Shown: positions 28,020 to 42,051, counted from the first letter of the stretch. The stretch: DNA of 64,000 nt from Candidatus Zixiibacteriota bacterium (GCA_035687145.1 DASRYM010000091.1:9228-73227), one strand, 5' to 3'. Notes: generated by a model from the sequence alone, not told the origin. Program-made: numbers and translations.

Positions 28020-29034
28020 GGCCCGCACCGTAGCACGGCGCGAGTCGCGCCGGCGGCTGAGGTGGCCCGCCGACGCCCCGCGGGTCGGCATCCACCTGGG
28101 GGTCGGGCAGGGGCTGTTGAAAGCGGCGCGCCGCGCGCGGGAGATCGGCGCCACCGCGCTCCAGATCTTCAGCGACAACCCGACCGCCTGGCGCCGCCGC
28201 CCCGAGCCTCCGCGCGACGCGCCGCAGTTCGTGGCCTACTGCCGTGCACACGGCATCGCGCCGATCTCCATCCACGCCAGCTACCTGGTCAACCTGGCCG
28301 GCAGGGTGGAGCCCTTCGCCAGCCAATCGCGCCAGCTGCTGATCCACGAGCTCCGCACCGCGCCCGCCTTCGGGGCCTACCTGGTCAACACCCATATCGG
28401 TTCGCACCGCGGCACAGGCCACCAGGCGGGCCTGCGGCGCATCGTGGAAGGCGTGCACGCCATCCTGGCCGAGACCCCGCGGGAGACCACCCTGGTGCTG
28501 GAGAACTCGGCCGGCGGCGGCGACAACATCGGCTCGACCATCGAGGAACTGGCCGAGATCCTGGAGGGGGTGGCCGCCACCTCGACGGCCTCGGCCCAGC
28601 GGCTGGCGTTCTGCCTGGACACCGCCCATTTATGGGGAGCCGGCCATGACATCTCGACGGCCGAGGGCGCCACCGGGGTGATCGACCGCTTCGCGGAACT
28701 GATCGGTCTGGACCGGCTGCGGCTGGTGCACCTGAACGACTCGCGCTCCGAGCTGGGCTCGCGGACGGACCGGCACGAGCACGTGGCCGGCGGACGCATC
28801 GGTCCGGAGGGAATGCGGGCGCTGCTGACCGATCCGCGGCTCTGCGCGGGGACCGCGTTCATGCTGGAGACGCCGGGGGTGGACGAGGGCTACGACGCGA
28901 TCAACATGCGCCGGACCTGGCTCCTGTACCACGGCCAGCCCCTGCCGGCGCTGCCCGCCAGGGCGTTCACGCTGCACCGCCGCTCGACGCGGGTCGGCCC
29001 CGGCCTCGGGCGGCGTACGGTCAGCGGCGGCTGA
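28018..29034 (+). CDS. nfo: deoxyribonuclease IV (endonuclease IV, AP endonuclease family 2)
   Basis: Motifs present: ALQIFSDNPTAW, IHASYLVNLA, NTHIGSH, LENSAGGG, CLDTAHLWGAGHD and VHLNDS. It carries a C-terminal extension of about 45 aa. Confidence 0.9.
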   Translation: MARTVARRESRRRLRWPADAPRVGIHLGVGQGLLKAARRAREIGATALQIFSDNPTAWRRRPEPPRDAPQFVAYCRAHGIAPISIHASYLVNLAGRVEPFASQSRQLLIHELRTAPAFGAYLVNTHIGSHRGTGHQAGLRRIVEGVHAILAETPRETTLVLENSAGGGDNIGSTIEELAEILEGVAATSTASAQRLAFCLDTAHLWGAGHDISTAEGATGVIDRFAELIGLDRLRLVHLNDSRSELGSRTDRHEHVAGGRIGPEGMRALLTDPRLCAGTAFMLETPGVDEGYDAINMRRTWLLYHGQPLPALPARAFTLHRRSTRVGPGLGRRTVSGG

Positions 29035-29485
29035 CGCCCACCACGCTGGCGCCCGACGCGGTGGCCGCTCCACCGCTGCCGGTCGCACCGCGGTCGTCGG
29101 AACCCTCGGCGGCTGGGCCCGCGCCGTTCTCGCGCAGCCGGCGGCTGCGGACGGTGATGTAGGCGTGCATCAGCTCGCGCACGTCGCTCTCGGTGAGGAC
29201 GTCGTCGCCGCGGAGGGCGTACTCCACGCGTGCCGTCGGCAGCAGCTGCCGCGTCGACAGCGATGCGAAGTAGGCCGGTCCCTCGGACTCATCCCGGATC
29301 TCGCGAAGGCCGCGGGCCAGCTTCGTTGCCGTGCCCAGCGACGGCATGCGGTCGCCCTTGATGAGCCGCGAGATGGTCGAGTGATCCACCCCGGACTGCA
29401 GCGCCAACTGGCGCTGGCTCATCTTCTTCTCCTTAAGCTGGCTTCGCAGCCAGCTGTTGAACGATCGCGGCGTCGAGAAGGTCAT
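29021..29485 (-). CDS. XRE-family helix-turn-helix transcriptional regulator
   Basis: The HTH reads LKEKKMSQRQLALQSGVDHSTISRLIKGDRMPSLGTATKLARGL. Confidence 0.8.
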   Translation of the reverse strand: MTFSTPRSFNSWLRSQLKEKKMSQRQLALQSGVDHSTISRLIKGDRMPSLGTATKLARGLREIRDESEGPAYFASLSTRQLLPTARVEYALRGDDVLTESDVRELMHAYITVRSRRLRENGAGPAAEGSDDRGATGSGGAATASGASVVGVSRR

Positions 29486-29652
29486 GCGCCTCGGTCCGTG
29501 CGGTGTCCGGCCACTCCGGCTTGTGCCGGGGTGGTGCGTACGAGCAACCGCAGGATCGCAGCGGCCCCTCCTCCCCTCAATGACCCAAAGGTACCCCCGA
29601 TTTGCAGGGGGGCCGATGCGGCCGCCACGCCGGCATGGCGGGACGCAGGCGC

Positions 29653-30717
29653 TCAGCTGGTGGCCAGGCTGGCGCCGTGGGCCTTGCGGACCTTGCCGCT
29701 GACCAGGTAGAACGCCCCGCCCAGCACGATCACGGTCAGGATGCTGATGCCGCGGTCGGTGAGCGCCACGGCCAGCGCCGGGTCGCCGGAGACGCCGTAG
29801 AAGAACAGCGCGCCGGCGATGCCGGCCTCCACGAAGCCGGCGCCGGCCGGCGTCAACGGGATGGCGGTCAGCAGGGCGGCGGCCAGGGCCACGAACACCG
29901 AGGAGCTGATCCCCAGCCCCACCTCGGGCAGGCCCAGGGCGCGGATCACGAAGTACAGGCGCATGCCCTCCAGCAGCCAGATGACGCCGGTGGTGACCAG
30001 CAACACCGGCATGGTGCGGAAGGTGAGAGCCCCGGTGCTGCCCTCATGGAAGCGCTCGTAGAGGTCCGCCACCCGGTGCGGCAGCCGCCGCGTCAGCCCG
30101 CCGCCCCAGAACCGGAGCACGACCAGCATGACGACCAGCAGCACGGCGATGCCGAGGCCGATGAGGAATACCAGCTCGACCTCGGGCCGCAACCGCCCGC
30201 GAAAGGACCAGTAGCCGGCCGCCAGGGCCAGCGCGAACATGACGATGATGTCGGCGATGCGCTCGACGAAGATGGTCCCCACCGTGCGCGACGCCGAGGC
30301 GCCCTGCGTTCCCTTCAGCAGGTAGGCCCGGTACAGGTCGCCGAGCTTGGCGGGCACCACGCAGTTGACGAACCAGGACAGGAACAGGATCTCGGTCGCG
30401 TCGCGAAAGCCGACCTTGGTGCCCACTTTGGAGAGCACGTAGCGCCAGCGGTAGCTCCGCACCGGGAAGGTGGCGTAGTAGGCCAGGAAGGCGACCAGCA
30501 GCAGCGCGGGATCGGCCTGGGTGATCAGCGACCAGGTGTCGGCCAGGTTCGCTCCCAGGGTCCGGAAGGCGAGCGCCAGCAGGGCCACCGCGAAGACGAT
30601 GGAGGCGATGGTCTTCCAGTTCAGGAGCCGCCGGGAGAGGCTGACCTCGCGTTCCGGGATCGGCTCCTCGGCCGGCGCGTCCAGGAGCTCGCCCGCCTCC
30701 GGCCTACCCTCGGTCAT
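29653..30717 (-). CDS. UPF0104 / lysylphosphatidylglycerol-synthase TM-region (flippase-like) membrane protein
   Basis: This is the internal ATG (30717) of track ORF 29653..30951. Motifs present: RSYRWRYVL, FLSWFVNCVVPAKLGDLYRAYLLK and LTPAGAGFVEAG. It has about 8 TM spans. Confidence 0.75.
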   Translation of the reverse strand: MTEGRPEAGELLDAPAEEPIPEREVSLSRRLLNWKTIASIVFAVALLALAFRTLGANLADTWSLITQADPALLLVAFLAYYATFPVRSYRWRYVLSKVGTKVGFRDATEILFLSWFVNCVVPAKLGDLYRAYLLKGTQGASASRTVGTIFVERIADIIVMFALALAAGYWSFRGRLRPEVELVFLIGLGIAVLLVVMLVVLRFWGGGLTRRLPHRVADLYERFHEGSTGALTFRTMPVLLVTTGVIWLLEGMRLYFVIRALGLPEVGLGISSSVFVALAAALLTAIPLTPAGAGFVEAGIAGALFFYGVSGDPALAVALTDRGISILTVIVLGGAFYLVSGKVRKAHGASLATS

Positions 30718-31615
30718 CGGCTGCCTCCGGGTCGTCGGGGTTGGGCAGCTCGGACGGCGCCGGACGCGTGACCGGCTCCTCCTCGACCTTCGCGGGTGGC
30801 TGCGGACCGAGGACGGGCGCCGCGGCGGTCTCCTTCCCCATCCATCGGCGCACGATGTTCGACAGCACTGCCCAGCGCGTGGTGAGGTGGATGAAGACCG
30901 TGGAGCGCGAGCCGTGCCACTCGTTCTCCGGCAGGGCCTCGCGCAGGTCATCGGCCGTGGTGAAGGCCGGCAGCGCGTTGAAGCTCATGGCGATCTCCAG
31001 GCTCGAGTGCGAGTCGGAGGCCGCGATCCCGGGGATGCCGTGGCGCGCGGCGAACTCGGCCGCCTCCTGGTTGTGGCGCTGGAAGGTGACCCGCGAGTTG
31101 AAGACCTCGACCATGTCGATCTTGCCGGCCTCCGCCAGGCGCTCCAGCGGCTCGCGGCGAATGTGCGAGGGGCGGAACGGGTCGAAGGGGTGCGGGATCG
31201 AGACCAGGCCGCCCTGCTCGTGGATGGCATCCGCCGTCTCGTCCGCCGAGAGGCCGCGCGGGATGGTGCGGGTCAGGAAGATGCCGACCACCTCGCCGTC
31301 GGCCGTGGAGACCTCCTCGCCCAGGATCACGGTGAGCCGATCCTCCAGGCCCAGCTCACGCACCCGGTCGCGCACCGCGATCGCCCCCTCCACGTTGTTG
31401 TGGTTCGTGATCGCCACGTGCGTCAACCCGCGCTCAATGGCGATCCGAATGAACTTGTCCTCGGACAGGATCGAGTCGCGGCTGAAGCGGGTGTGGATGT
31501 GAAAGTCGGCGAAGGTCAGCGCGCGTTCGCGCGGGGCGCCGGTGCGTTCCGTGGCGCGAGCGACACCGGCCCGGGCGGCCGCGGTGGCCGCAGCGGTGAG
31601 CGCCCCGGCCGTCAC
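30704..31615 (-). CDS. PHP-domain metal-dependent phosphoesterase
   Basis: Motifs present: [29 protein letters not shown] and ASDSHS. The GTG start overlaps the mreB stop (GTGA). Confidence 0.85.
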   Translation of the reverse strand: MTAGALTAAATAAARAGVARATERTGAPRERALTFADFHIHTRFSRDSILSEDKFIRIAIERGLTHVAITNHNNVEGAIAVRDRVRELGLEDRLTVILGEEVSTADGEVVGIFLTRTIPRGLSADETADAIHEQGGLVSIPHPFDPFRPSHIRREPLERLAEAGKIDMVEVFNSRVTFQRHNQEAAEFAARHGIPGIAASDSHSSLEIAMSFNALPAFTTADDLREALPENEWHGSRSTVFIHLTTRWAVLSNIVRRWMGKETAAAPVLGPQPPAKVEEEPVTRPAPSELPNPDDPEAADDRG

Positions 31616-32607
31616 GAGGCGCTCACCAGGCTCTTGCGGAAGGTGTTGAAGTGCTCCAGCGCCAGGCCGGTGCCCACCGCCACGGAGTTCAGCGCGTTCT
31701 CGGCCACGTGGCAGGGGATGCCGGTCACCTGGGTGAGCAGGGTGTCCAGGTTGCGCAGCAGCGACCCGCCGCCGGACATGACCATGCCCTTGTCGATGAT
31801 GTCGCTGGACAGCTCGGGCGGCGTCTCCTCCAGCACGTTGCGCACGGCGGTGATGATGGCCTGCAGCGGCTGCTCGATGGCCTCGGTGACCTCGGTGGAG
31901 GTGATCGGGATGGTGCGTGGCAGGCCGGCGATCATGTCGCGGCCCTTGACCTCCATGGTCATCGGCTCATCCAGGGGCAGCGCCGAGCCGATGGCGATCT
32001 TGACCTCCTCCGCCGTCCGGTCACCGATCATCAAGTTGTACTTGCGCCGGATGTAGTTGGTGATCGCCTCGTCGAAGCGGTTGCCGCCCACCCGCACGCT
32101 CTGGCTGACCACGATCCCGCCAAGGGCGATGACCGCGATCTCCGACGTCCCACCGCCGATGTCGATGATCAGGTTCCCGCTCGGGCCGGAGATGGGCACG
32201 TTGGCGCCGATGGCCGCCGCCAGCGGCTCCTCGATGAGGAATGCCTCCCGCGCCCCCGCCTTGAGCGCCGCGTCGCGCACGGCCCGCTTCTCCACGCTGG
32301 TCACGCCCGACGGCACGCTGATCATGACGTCCGGCTTGAACAGCCGGACGCGTGCCACCTTGTTGATCACGTAGCGCAGCATGGCCTCGGTGATGAGGTA
32401 GTCGGCGATCACGCCGTCGCGCATGGGCCTGATGGCGCGGACGTTGCCGGGGGTGCGGCCGATCATCTCGCGGGCCTCCTCGCCGACGGCCACCAGGCGG
32501 TTGTCGTCGTCGCTGATGGCCACCACCGAGGGCTCGTTCAGGACGACGCCCTTGCCCTTGACGTAGACGAGGATGTTGGCGGTACCGAGGTCGATGCCGA
32601 TCTTCAT
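31612..32607 (-). CDS. mreB: rod shape-determining protein MreB
   Basis: Motifs present: [33 protein letters not shown] and [12 protein letters not shown]. The start is taken at the internal ATG 32607 of track ORF 31612..32715. Confidence 0.95.
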   Translation of the reverse strand: MKIGIDLGTANILVYVKGKGVVLNEPSVVAISDDDNRLVAVGEEAREMIGRTPGNVRAIRPMRDGVIADYLITEAMLRYVINKVARVRLFKPDVMISVPSGVTSVEKRAVRDAALKAGAREAFLIEEPLAAAIGANVPISGPSGNLIIDIGGGTSEIAVIALGGIVVSQSVRVGGNRFDEAITNYIRRKYNLMIGDRTAEEVKIAIGSALPLDEPMTMEVKGRDMIAGLPRTIPITSTEVTEAIEQPLQAIITAVRNVLEETPPELSSDIIDKGMVMSGGGSLLRNLDTLLTQVTGIPCHVAENALNSVAVGTGLALEHFNTFRKSLVSAS

Positions 32608-32763
32608 GCGCGCGCTGTCGGTCCGTGCTGCAGGAACCTGGGACTGTGGGCGTGGCCGCAGTATACCGAGCCGCCGCGCCCCATCCCCTGGTACGAACGC
32701 CTTGCTCACCGGCACCGGATGGGCGGGGTTGCAGTGTCCCTGACCATCACATATGCTTGCGGC

Positions 32764-33228
32764 ATGCTAAACCAATTTTCTTCCACTGATCGACATCGCA
32801 ACCCGCAGCCGGTCCGGTCCGAGCGCCCGCTGACGCCGGATGACGTTGAGCGCCTGGAGCGCGGCGTTACCCGTGCCGGCCGGTGGTTCGCCGGCTATCT
32901 GGCCCTCATCGGCCTGGTCTCGGCCGCTTGGCTCACGGTCATCGAGACCACCTTCGCCGAAGGCATCGCGCGCTGGCTGGCGGTGAGCGCCTGGCCCATC
33001 TTCGTGGTCGTCGTCAGCCACGTCGCCGAGCGCCAGGCCGTCCACCCCCGTGGCGCCACCCGGGCCCTGGCGGTGGCCACCGCCATCTGGTTTGCCGCCT
33101 ACCTGTTCGCGGTGGGGCCGTTCCTGCGCGGCACGTACGGTCAACAGGTCCTGCCTTGGGTCATCGGCTCGCTGCTCATGTCGCTGCCGTTCTTCGTGGC
33201 GGCGGCGCGCTACCTGTGGCGGCGATGA
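32764..33228 (+). CDS. hypothetical membrane protein (4 TM)
   Basis: This is the real C-terminal part of track ORF 31651..33228 ([11 protein letters not shown]...). It has hydrophobic spans, and its stop overlaps the next start (ATGA). Confidence 0.55.
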   Translation: MLNQFSSTDRHRNPQPVRSERPLTPDDVERLERGVTRAGRWFAGYLALIGLVSAAWLTVIETTFAEGIARWLAVSAWPIFVVVVSHVAERQAVHPRGATRALAVATAIWFAAYLFAVGPFLRGTYGQQVLPWVIGSLLMSLPFFVAAARYLWRR

Positions 33229-33527
33229 AGCACCTGCGGCACCAACTCGACCCGGTGATCCACTCGCCGGTCCGATTCGCGATCATGGCCACCCTCAACG
33301 CGGCAGAGCGCGCCGAGTTTCGCTTCGTGCGTGACACGGTCGAGATCAGCGACTCAGTGCTGTCGCAGCACATCACCACCCTGGAGGAGGCAGGCTACGT
33401 CCGCGTCAGGAAGCGGCAGGACGGCCGCCGAACGCGGACGTGGCTCAGCCTCACCTCCAGAGGACGGGCCGCGTTCGCACGCCACCTCGAGGTGCTGAAC
33501 CAGATCGCCGCGGGGTCGCATGCCTGA
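33225..33527 (+). CDS. winged-helix (ArsR/HTH_34-like) transcriptional regulator
   Basis: The product reads [63 protein letters not shown]. Confidence 0.7.
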   Translation: MKHLRHQLDPVIHSPVRFAIMATLNAAERAEFRFVRDTVEISDSVLSQHITTLEEAGYVRVRKRQDGRRTRTWLSLTSRGRAAFARHLEVLNQIAAGSHA

Positions 33528-34347
33528 GGGCGACACGATCTTCCGCACCGCCGACGTGCTGCGGCGCGCGCTGGCCGGCTCCCGGGTGCTGCGCGCCCGT
33601 GCCCAGCCGCGGCCGGGCCTGTCGCGGGTGCCCGACCTGTCGGTGCTGGAGGGCACGCGGGTCGAGCGCGTGGAGGCCCTCGGCAAGCACCTGCTCATCG
33701 GCTTCTCGAACCGGTGCTGGCTGCGCTCGCACATGCGGATGAACGGCTCCTGGCACCGATACCGCCCGGGCGAGGCCTGGCGCCTGCCCGCCAGGCGGGC
33801 CACCTGCTGGCTGGAGACCGATGCGGCCGTGGCCGTCTGCTTCGACGCGCCCGAGCTGGAGCTGTTGACCGATGCCGCCCTGGCGCGCCACCCGCGGCTG
33901 CTGGCGCTGGGTCCCGACCTGCTGGCTGCCTCCTTCGACGCCGATGAGGCCGTGCGCCGCCTGCTGGCCGACCCCCGGCGACCGCTCGGCGAGGCGCTGC
34001 TCGACCAGCGTGTGGTGGCGGGGATGGGGAACGTCTACAAGTCGGAGGTGTGCTTCATAGAGCGCTTGGATCCGTGGGCGCCGGTGGGCTCCATGGCCGG
34101 ACCACGGCTGCGCACCGCGCTGGGCACCGCGCGCCGGCTGCTGGCCGCCAACACCGGCGGCGGGGCGCGCGTCACCACCGGGTCGCGCCGACCGGGTGCG
34201 TCCCTGTGGGTCTACGGGCGTCCCGGACGGCCATGCCGGCGGTGCGGCACCCGCATCCTGTCGCGGCGCCAGGGCGAGGAGGCGCGGCTCACCTACTGGT
34301 GTCCGCGCTGCCAGGGGTCTGCCGGACCCGGCGCCGCGGCCGGCTAG
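33520..34347 (+). CDS. nei: Fpg/Nei-family DNA glycosylase (endonuclease VIII-like)
   Basis: It has the N-terminal catalytic MPEGDT, the H2TH region (LLDQRVVAGMGNVYKSE) and the C-terminal zinc finger CRRCGTRI...YWCPRCQ. Confidence 0.9.
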   Translation: MPEGDTIFRTADVLRRALAGSRVLRARAQPRPGLSRVPDLSVLEGTRVERVEALGKHLLIGFSNRCWLRSHMRMNGSWHRYRPGEAWRLPARRATCWLETDAAVAVCFDAPELELLTDAALARHPRLLALGPDLLAASFDADEAVRRLLADPRRPLGEALLDQRVVAGMGNVYKSEVCFIERLDPWAPVGSMAGPRLRTALGTARRLLAANTGGGARVTTGSRRPGASLWVYGRPGRPCRRCGTRILSRRQGEEARLTYWCPRCQGSAGPGAAAG

Positions 34348-34584
34348 CCGAGCCCCCGCAGTCGGGCGAGGGCCCTCTCCACCCGGACGGCGCGTGTCTC
34401 CGGCTTCTTCGCCTCCCGTACCGGGTCGGCCAGCTCCCGGCGCCGCGTGAAGGAGAGCGCGTCGACCGGTCACCCGCACCTGCTTGAGGCCGCCCAGCTC
34501 GGCGGTGACGTCCGGCGGGATTTCCGCCACCGCACCACCGCCGCGTGCCGCCTCGATGACGGTCCGGAAGGGCTTCGGTTCCAT
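34344..34584 (-). pseudogene. remnant of a DUF1905/YdeI-type gene (internal deletion plus frameshift)
   Basis: Frame 1 from ATG 34584 reads MEPKPFRTVIEAARGGGAVAEIPPDVTAELGGLKQVRVTG (DUF1905-like start). After about 34470 the +2 frame reads DALSFTRRRELADPVREAKKPETRAVRVERALARLRGLG* (YdeI-type C-terminus). The middle ~80-100 residues expected in intact homologs are missing. Confidence 0.5.
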
Positions 34585-35069
34585 CAGAAGGGCTTGGCGA
34601 TCATCAGGTACACGATGACAACCAGACCGATACCTCCCACCACCGCCAGCCACACCGGCCGGTTGGAGGTCGCCAGCTGGTCCAGGTCTGCCGGGGTGGC
34701 GGGCGGCTCGAGCTCGGCCGCCTTCGCGGCGTAGGGAGCCATGCCCGCGGCGGCCCGCATCCGCCCATAGAACGGCGTGGCGACCGAGTACATGACGGCC
34801 AGGATCACGACCAGCAGGCCGAGGGCCGTCCAGATCCAGCCACGACCCCAGAAGCCGCCGGTGAAGCCGGCTGCGATGCCGGCCGCCAGCAGGATCAGGA
34901 GCCCGATGTAGAGGCCGGCGATGCTGCGCCCCGAGAGCTCGAGCAGCTCGGCGATGCGAGCCGGATCGCGGGTGGCCCGGAGGCGGAACGAGGCGAACAT
35001 CGACACGCCGTGCGCGCCGACGAAGATGAATGCACCGAGCACGTGCGCGAAGACGATCCACTGATGCAT
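34584..35069 (-). CDS. hypothetical membrane protein (DUF2269-like, 4 TM)
   Basis: 161 aa, beginning MHQWIVFAHVLGAFIFVGAHGVSMF... The family assignment is tentative. Confidence 0.6.
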   Translation of the reverse strand: MHQWIVFAHVLGAFIFVGAHGVSMFASFRLRATRDPARIAELLELSGRSIAGLYIGLLILLAAGIAAGFTGGFWGRGWIWTALGLLVVILAVMYSVATPFYGRMRAAAGMAPYAAKAAELEPPATPADLDQLATSNRPVWLAVVGGIGLVVIVYLMIAKPF

Positions 35070-35188
35070 GCCGCCACGCTAGACCCGGCACTCCCCCGTC
35101 GCAACCGACATCTGTCGCATCCGCCTTTCCAAATAGCCGACTGGTAAGCGGCACGTGAGTGGAAAGCGGGGGTGGCGCCCCGGTCCCC

Positions 35189-36454
35189 TCACGCGTCGAT
35201 GCGGTGGATCTGGGCGCCCAGCTGCACGAGCTTGGCCTCGATCTGCTCGTAGCCGCGGTCCACGTGCTCCACGCCGGAGATCACCGACGTCTCGGACGCG
35301 GCCAGCGCGGCCAGCACCAGCGTGGCACCGGCCCGCAGGTCGGCGATGCTCACCTCCCGGCCGTGGAGCGGCGTCGGCCCGGCGATGCAGGCGTGCCGCT
35401 CGTCGATCACCTCGATCACCGCGCCCATCTTGACCAGCTCGATGACGTAGTCGAGCCGGTCCTCGTAGATCGTCTCGTGGATGCGGGAGTCCCCATCGGC
35501 CTGGGTCATGAGGACGGCCAGCGGCGCCTGCAGGTCGGTCGCGAAGCCCGGGTAGGGCGCGGTCTCGACATCCACCGGCGCGTACGAGGGGGCGGACGAG
35601 ACGCGCAGGCCGTCATCGGTCTTCTCGTAGGGGACGCCCATGCGCCCGAGCACGTCCAGGAAGGCGCCCAGGTGCTGCGGGTCCACCCCGTGCATGCTCA
35701 CCGACCCGCCGGTCACCGCCGCGGCGATGGCGAAGGTGCCCGCCTCCAGCCGGTCCCCGATCACCCGGTGCTCGGTGCCGTGCAGGGCGTCCACCCCCTG
35801 CACCTCCAGGCGGTGCGGGGCGGTGCGCTCGATCTGGGCGCCCATGGCCCGCAGCATGCCGACCAGGTCATCGGTCTCCGGCTCCCGCGCCGCGTTCTCG
35901 ATCACGGTCGTGCCGCGGGCCAGGACGGCGGCCAGCAGGGCGTTCTCGGTGCCCATCACCGTCACGTACGGGAACTCGATCCGCGCGCCGCGCAGCCCGC
36001 TCGACGGTGCCTTGGCGAAGTAGTAGCCGTTCTTGTACTCGATCTCGGCGCCCAGGCGCTCCATGGCGTGGACGTGGAGGTTGACCGGGCGCCGCCCGAT
36101 GCGGTCCCCGCCGGGGTTGGAGATGATCACCCGCCCGAAGCGGGCCAGCAGCGGGCCGAGGAGGATGAACGAGGCGCGCATCTTCATGGCGGCCTCCAGC
36201 GGGACGAACAGCCAGTCGGCCTCGCGGGCGGTGATCCGCAGCGCGTCGCCCTCGACGCGACGGACGTCGAAGCCGATGTCTCCCATCGTCTCGCGCATGA
36301 TCATCACGTCGCTGATCTTGGGGACATTGCGCAGCACGCTCGGCTCGTCGCTCAGCGCGGCGGCGGCCATCAGCTTGAGGACGGCGTTCTTGGCGCCGGC
36401 GATCCGCACCTCGCCGTGGAGCGGCACGCCGCCGGTGACGACGAACTTCTGCAT
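35189..36454 (-). CDS. murA: UDP-N-acetylglucosamine 1-carboxyvinyltransferase
   Basis: 421 aa. Motifs present: GAKNAVLKLMAAA, NPGGDRIGRRPVNLH and the typical MurA length and C-terminus. Confidence 0.95.
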   Translation of the reverse strand: MQKFVVTGGVPLHGEVRIAGAKNAVLKLMAAAALSDEPSVLRNVPKISDVMIMRETMGDIGFDVRRVEGDALRITAREADWLFVPLEAAMKMRASFILLGPLLARFGRVIISNPGGDRIGRRPVNLHVHAMERLGAEIEYKNGYYFAKAPSSGLRGARIEFPYVTVMGTENALLAAVLARGTTVIENAAREPETDDLVGMLRAMGAQIERTAPHRLEVQGVDALHGTEHRVIGDRLEAGTFAIAAAVTGGSVSMHGVDPQHLGAFLDVLGRMGVPYEKTDDGLRVSSAPSYAPVDVETAPYPGFATDLQAPLAVLMTQADGDSRIHETIYEDRLDYVIELVKMGAVIEVIDERHACIAGPTPLHGREVSIADLRAGATLVLAALAASETSVISGVEHVDRGYEQIEAKLVQLGAQIHRIDA

Positions 36455-36480
36455 GGACTGCTGCGCAGTCTAGCGACCGG

Positions 36481-36807
36481 TCAACCCGGCCACGCTTCCT
36501 TCCACTCGTGCGGCCCGGTGTGGTGCCCGTCGCACAGGCCCACCCGGCCACCCATGTGACGGCTGGGAAGGTACGGCTGCATCCCCGCCTCGAAGGGTGT
36601 CGGCTGGCGGTTGCAGAGCATGTAGCGGCGCTCGCGCGCCCACAGGTAGGCGTGGTCGACGCTGCAGAAGGCGTAGCCCTTGGTGAAGTTGATCGTCTCG
36701 CCCGGCCGCGGGTCGCCGGCCAGGCCGATCGGTCCGGACTCGCGGACGATCTCGATCCGTACGGGAAGCTGCGGCGCGCGGGTGCCGCACTGGTCACAGG
36801 TCTGCAT
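36481..36807 (-). CDS. hypothetical Cys/His-rich protein
   Basis: 108 aa (MQTCDQCGTRAP...CSVDH...LCDGHHTGPHEW). By hand count it shows strong G/C third-position bias, unlike the overlapping alternative frames. Confidence 0.5.
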   Translation of the reverse strand: MQTCDQCGTRAPQLPVRIEIVRESGPIGLAGDPRPGETINFTKGYAFCSVDHAYLWARERRYMLCNRQPTPFEAGMQPYLPSRHMGGRVGLCDGHHTGPHEWKEAWPG

Positions 36808-36821
36808 CGGTCAGGCCGATG

Positions 36822-37073
36822 CTACCCGAGGTAGTGCGCCCCGTCGTCCTCGCGGTGGGTGGGGATGAAGTCCGGGTCGTCGCGCGGGTCGCTGCCGGGC
36901 GGCGAGCCCCTGTGCGGCTTGAAGTCCACCGGGCAGATGAACGGGTAGTCGCGGCTGATCTTGCGCAGCTCCTGCATGCGCCGCGGCCCGCGGTCCGGCT
37001 TTCCCTCGGGACCCCGCAGGTGCGCGCGCTCCGCCTCGCGCGCGCTCATGGGTCCGCCGTCGTCTCCGCGCAT
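36822..37073 (-). CDS. hypothetical protein
   Basis: 83 aa (possibly starting at the internal MSAREAE...). It has strong G/C third-position bias and no recognisable domain. Confidence 0.4.
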   Translation of the reverse strand: MRGDDGGPMSAREAERAHLRGPEGKPDRGPRRMQELRKISRDYPFICPVDFKPHRGSPPGSDPRDDPDFIPTHREDDGAHYLG

Positions 37074-37147
37074 GGACGGATGCTACCCGCTTCGACGCCG
37101 GTCGGCGGTCCGGCGCGCGCACGTCGTCGTCACCTAGCATCTCCCCC

Positions 37148-37561
37148 ATGCCCCTGCCGCAGTGGCTGACGCCGGTGAACATGGCCGTCACCAACCGGCT
37201 GACGATGCCCGTTGCGGGGCAGCTGCCATGGTTCGGGGTGCTGGAGCACGTCGGTCGGCGGACCGGCGCGGTGCGGCGCACGCCGCTGAACATCTTCCCG
37301 CGCGATGGTGGCGTATGGGTGGTGGCGCTGACCTATGGGCCCGGCGTCCAGTGGCTGCGGAACATCGAGGCAACCGGCTGGTGCCGGGTGCTGGTGCAGG
37401 GGCGCTGGATGACCATGGTCGAGCCGCGCCGGTTCCGCGATCCATCGCGGCGGGCAGTGCCGTGGATCGTGCGGGTCGCACTGGCGCTGCTGCGCGTCGA
37501 CTGGTTCGTCGAGATGCGCGAAGCAGCTTGCGAAGAGATCGCAGGGTTGCGTCGCGCGTGA
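37148..37561 (+). CDS. nitroreductase / deazaflavin-dependent oxidoreductase family (DDN-like)
   Basis: The pattern VLEHVGRRTGAVRRTPLNIFPRDGGVWVVALTYGPGVQWLRNIEATG is typical of PF04075-type F420H2-dependent enzymes. Confidence 0.7.
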   Translation: MPLPQWLTPVNMAVTNRLTMPVAGQLPWFGVLEHVGRRTGAVRRTPLNIFPRDGGVWVVALTYGPGVQWLRNIEATGWCRVLVQGRWMTMVEPRRFRDPSRRAVPWIVRVALALLRVDWFVEMREAACEEIAGLRRA

Positions 37562-37595
37562 ACGATCGCGGTCGCGGCCGGCTGGGCGGCCGGAA

Positions 37596-38006
37596 CTACC
37601 CGCGTGAGCGCCGACGGGTCGCGATGCGCTCCCGCATAAGGGCGGTCTGCAGCGCGGCGCGGACGCGGGCGATGTCGACCGGGTCCTTGACCTGCTCCAG
37701 CTCGGCCTCGGCGCGCTTGCGCGCCTCGATGGCCCTGGCCTCGTCGATCTCCTCGGAGTGCTCCGCCAGGTCGGCCATGATCACCACCTTGTCGGGCCGC
37801 ACCTCGACGAACCCGCCCGAGATGAGCATCAGGGTCTCGGTGCCCGCCTTGCGGATCTTCAGCTCGCCGGTGCCCAGCGCGGTGAGCAGGCGGGTGTGGC
37901 CGGGCAGGATGCCCAGCTGCCCGTCGATGCCGGGCACCACCACCATGTCCACCTCGTCGCCGTACGCCTTCCGCTCCGGCGACACGATCTCCAGCTGAAG
38001 CGGCAC
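37596..38006 (-). CDS. atpC: F1 ATP synthase epsilon subunit
   Basis: The sequence LEIVSPERKAYGDEVDMVVVPGIDGQLGILPGH, together with its position after atpD. Confidence 0.92.
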   Translation of the reverse strand: MPLQLEIVSPERKAYGDEVDMVVVPGIDGQLGILPGHTRLLTALGTGELKIRKAGTETLMLISGGFVEVRPDKVVIMADLAEHSEEIDEARAIEARKRAEAELEQVKDPVDIARVRAALQTALMRERIATRRRSRG

Positions 38007-38101
38007 CTACACCACCTCCGGAGCGTGAGGTCGGGGATGGACCGGCGCCGCCGCGCCGCAGGCTGCTGCGAACCTAGGCAGAGGGCGGTGGCGACGGGCC
38101 A

Positions 38102-42018
<3,917 letters not shown>

Positions 42019-42051
42019 GTGTTCCTCTCTGGTCCTCCGGTCCGCCGGCGG

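Noticed and set aside
28017-28020. Overlapping divergent start codons (CATG) of the 44-aa membrane ORF and nfo
   Set aside because: This is probably coincidental. The small ORF itself is low-confidence, and the promoters of both genes would have to lie inside each other's coding regions. It is kept as a low-confidence CDS only.
29653-31615. Possible lipid-modification or resistance island (UPF0104 flippase-like plus PHP phosphoesterase) as a novel system
   Set aside because: This gene pair is a common conserved neighbourhood. It is translationally linked to mreB here, and nothing in the sequence itself appears unusual.
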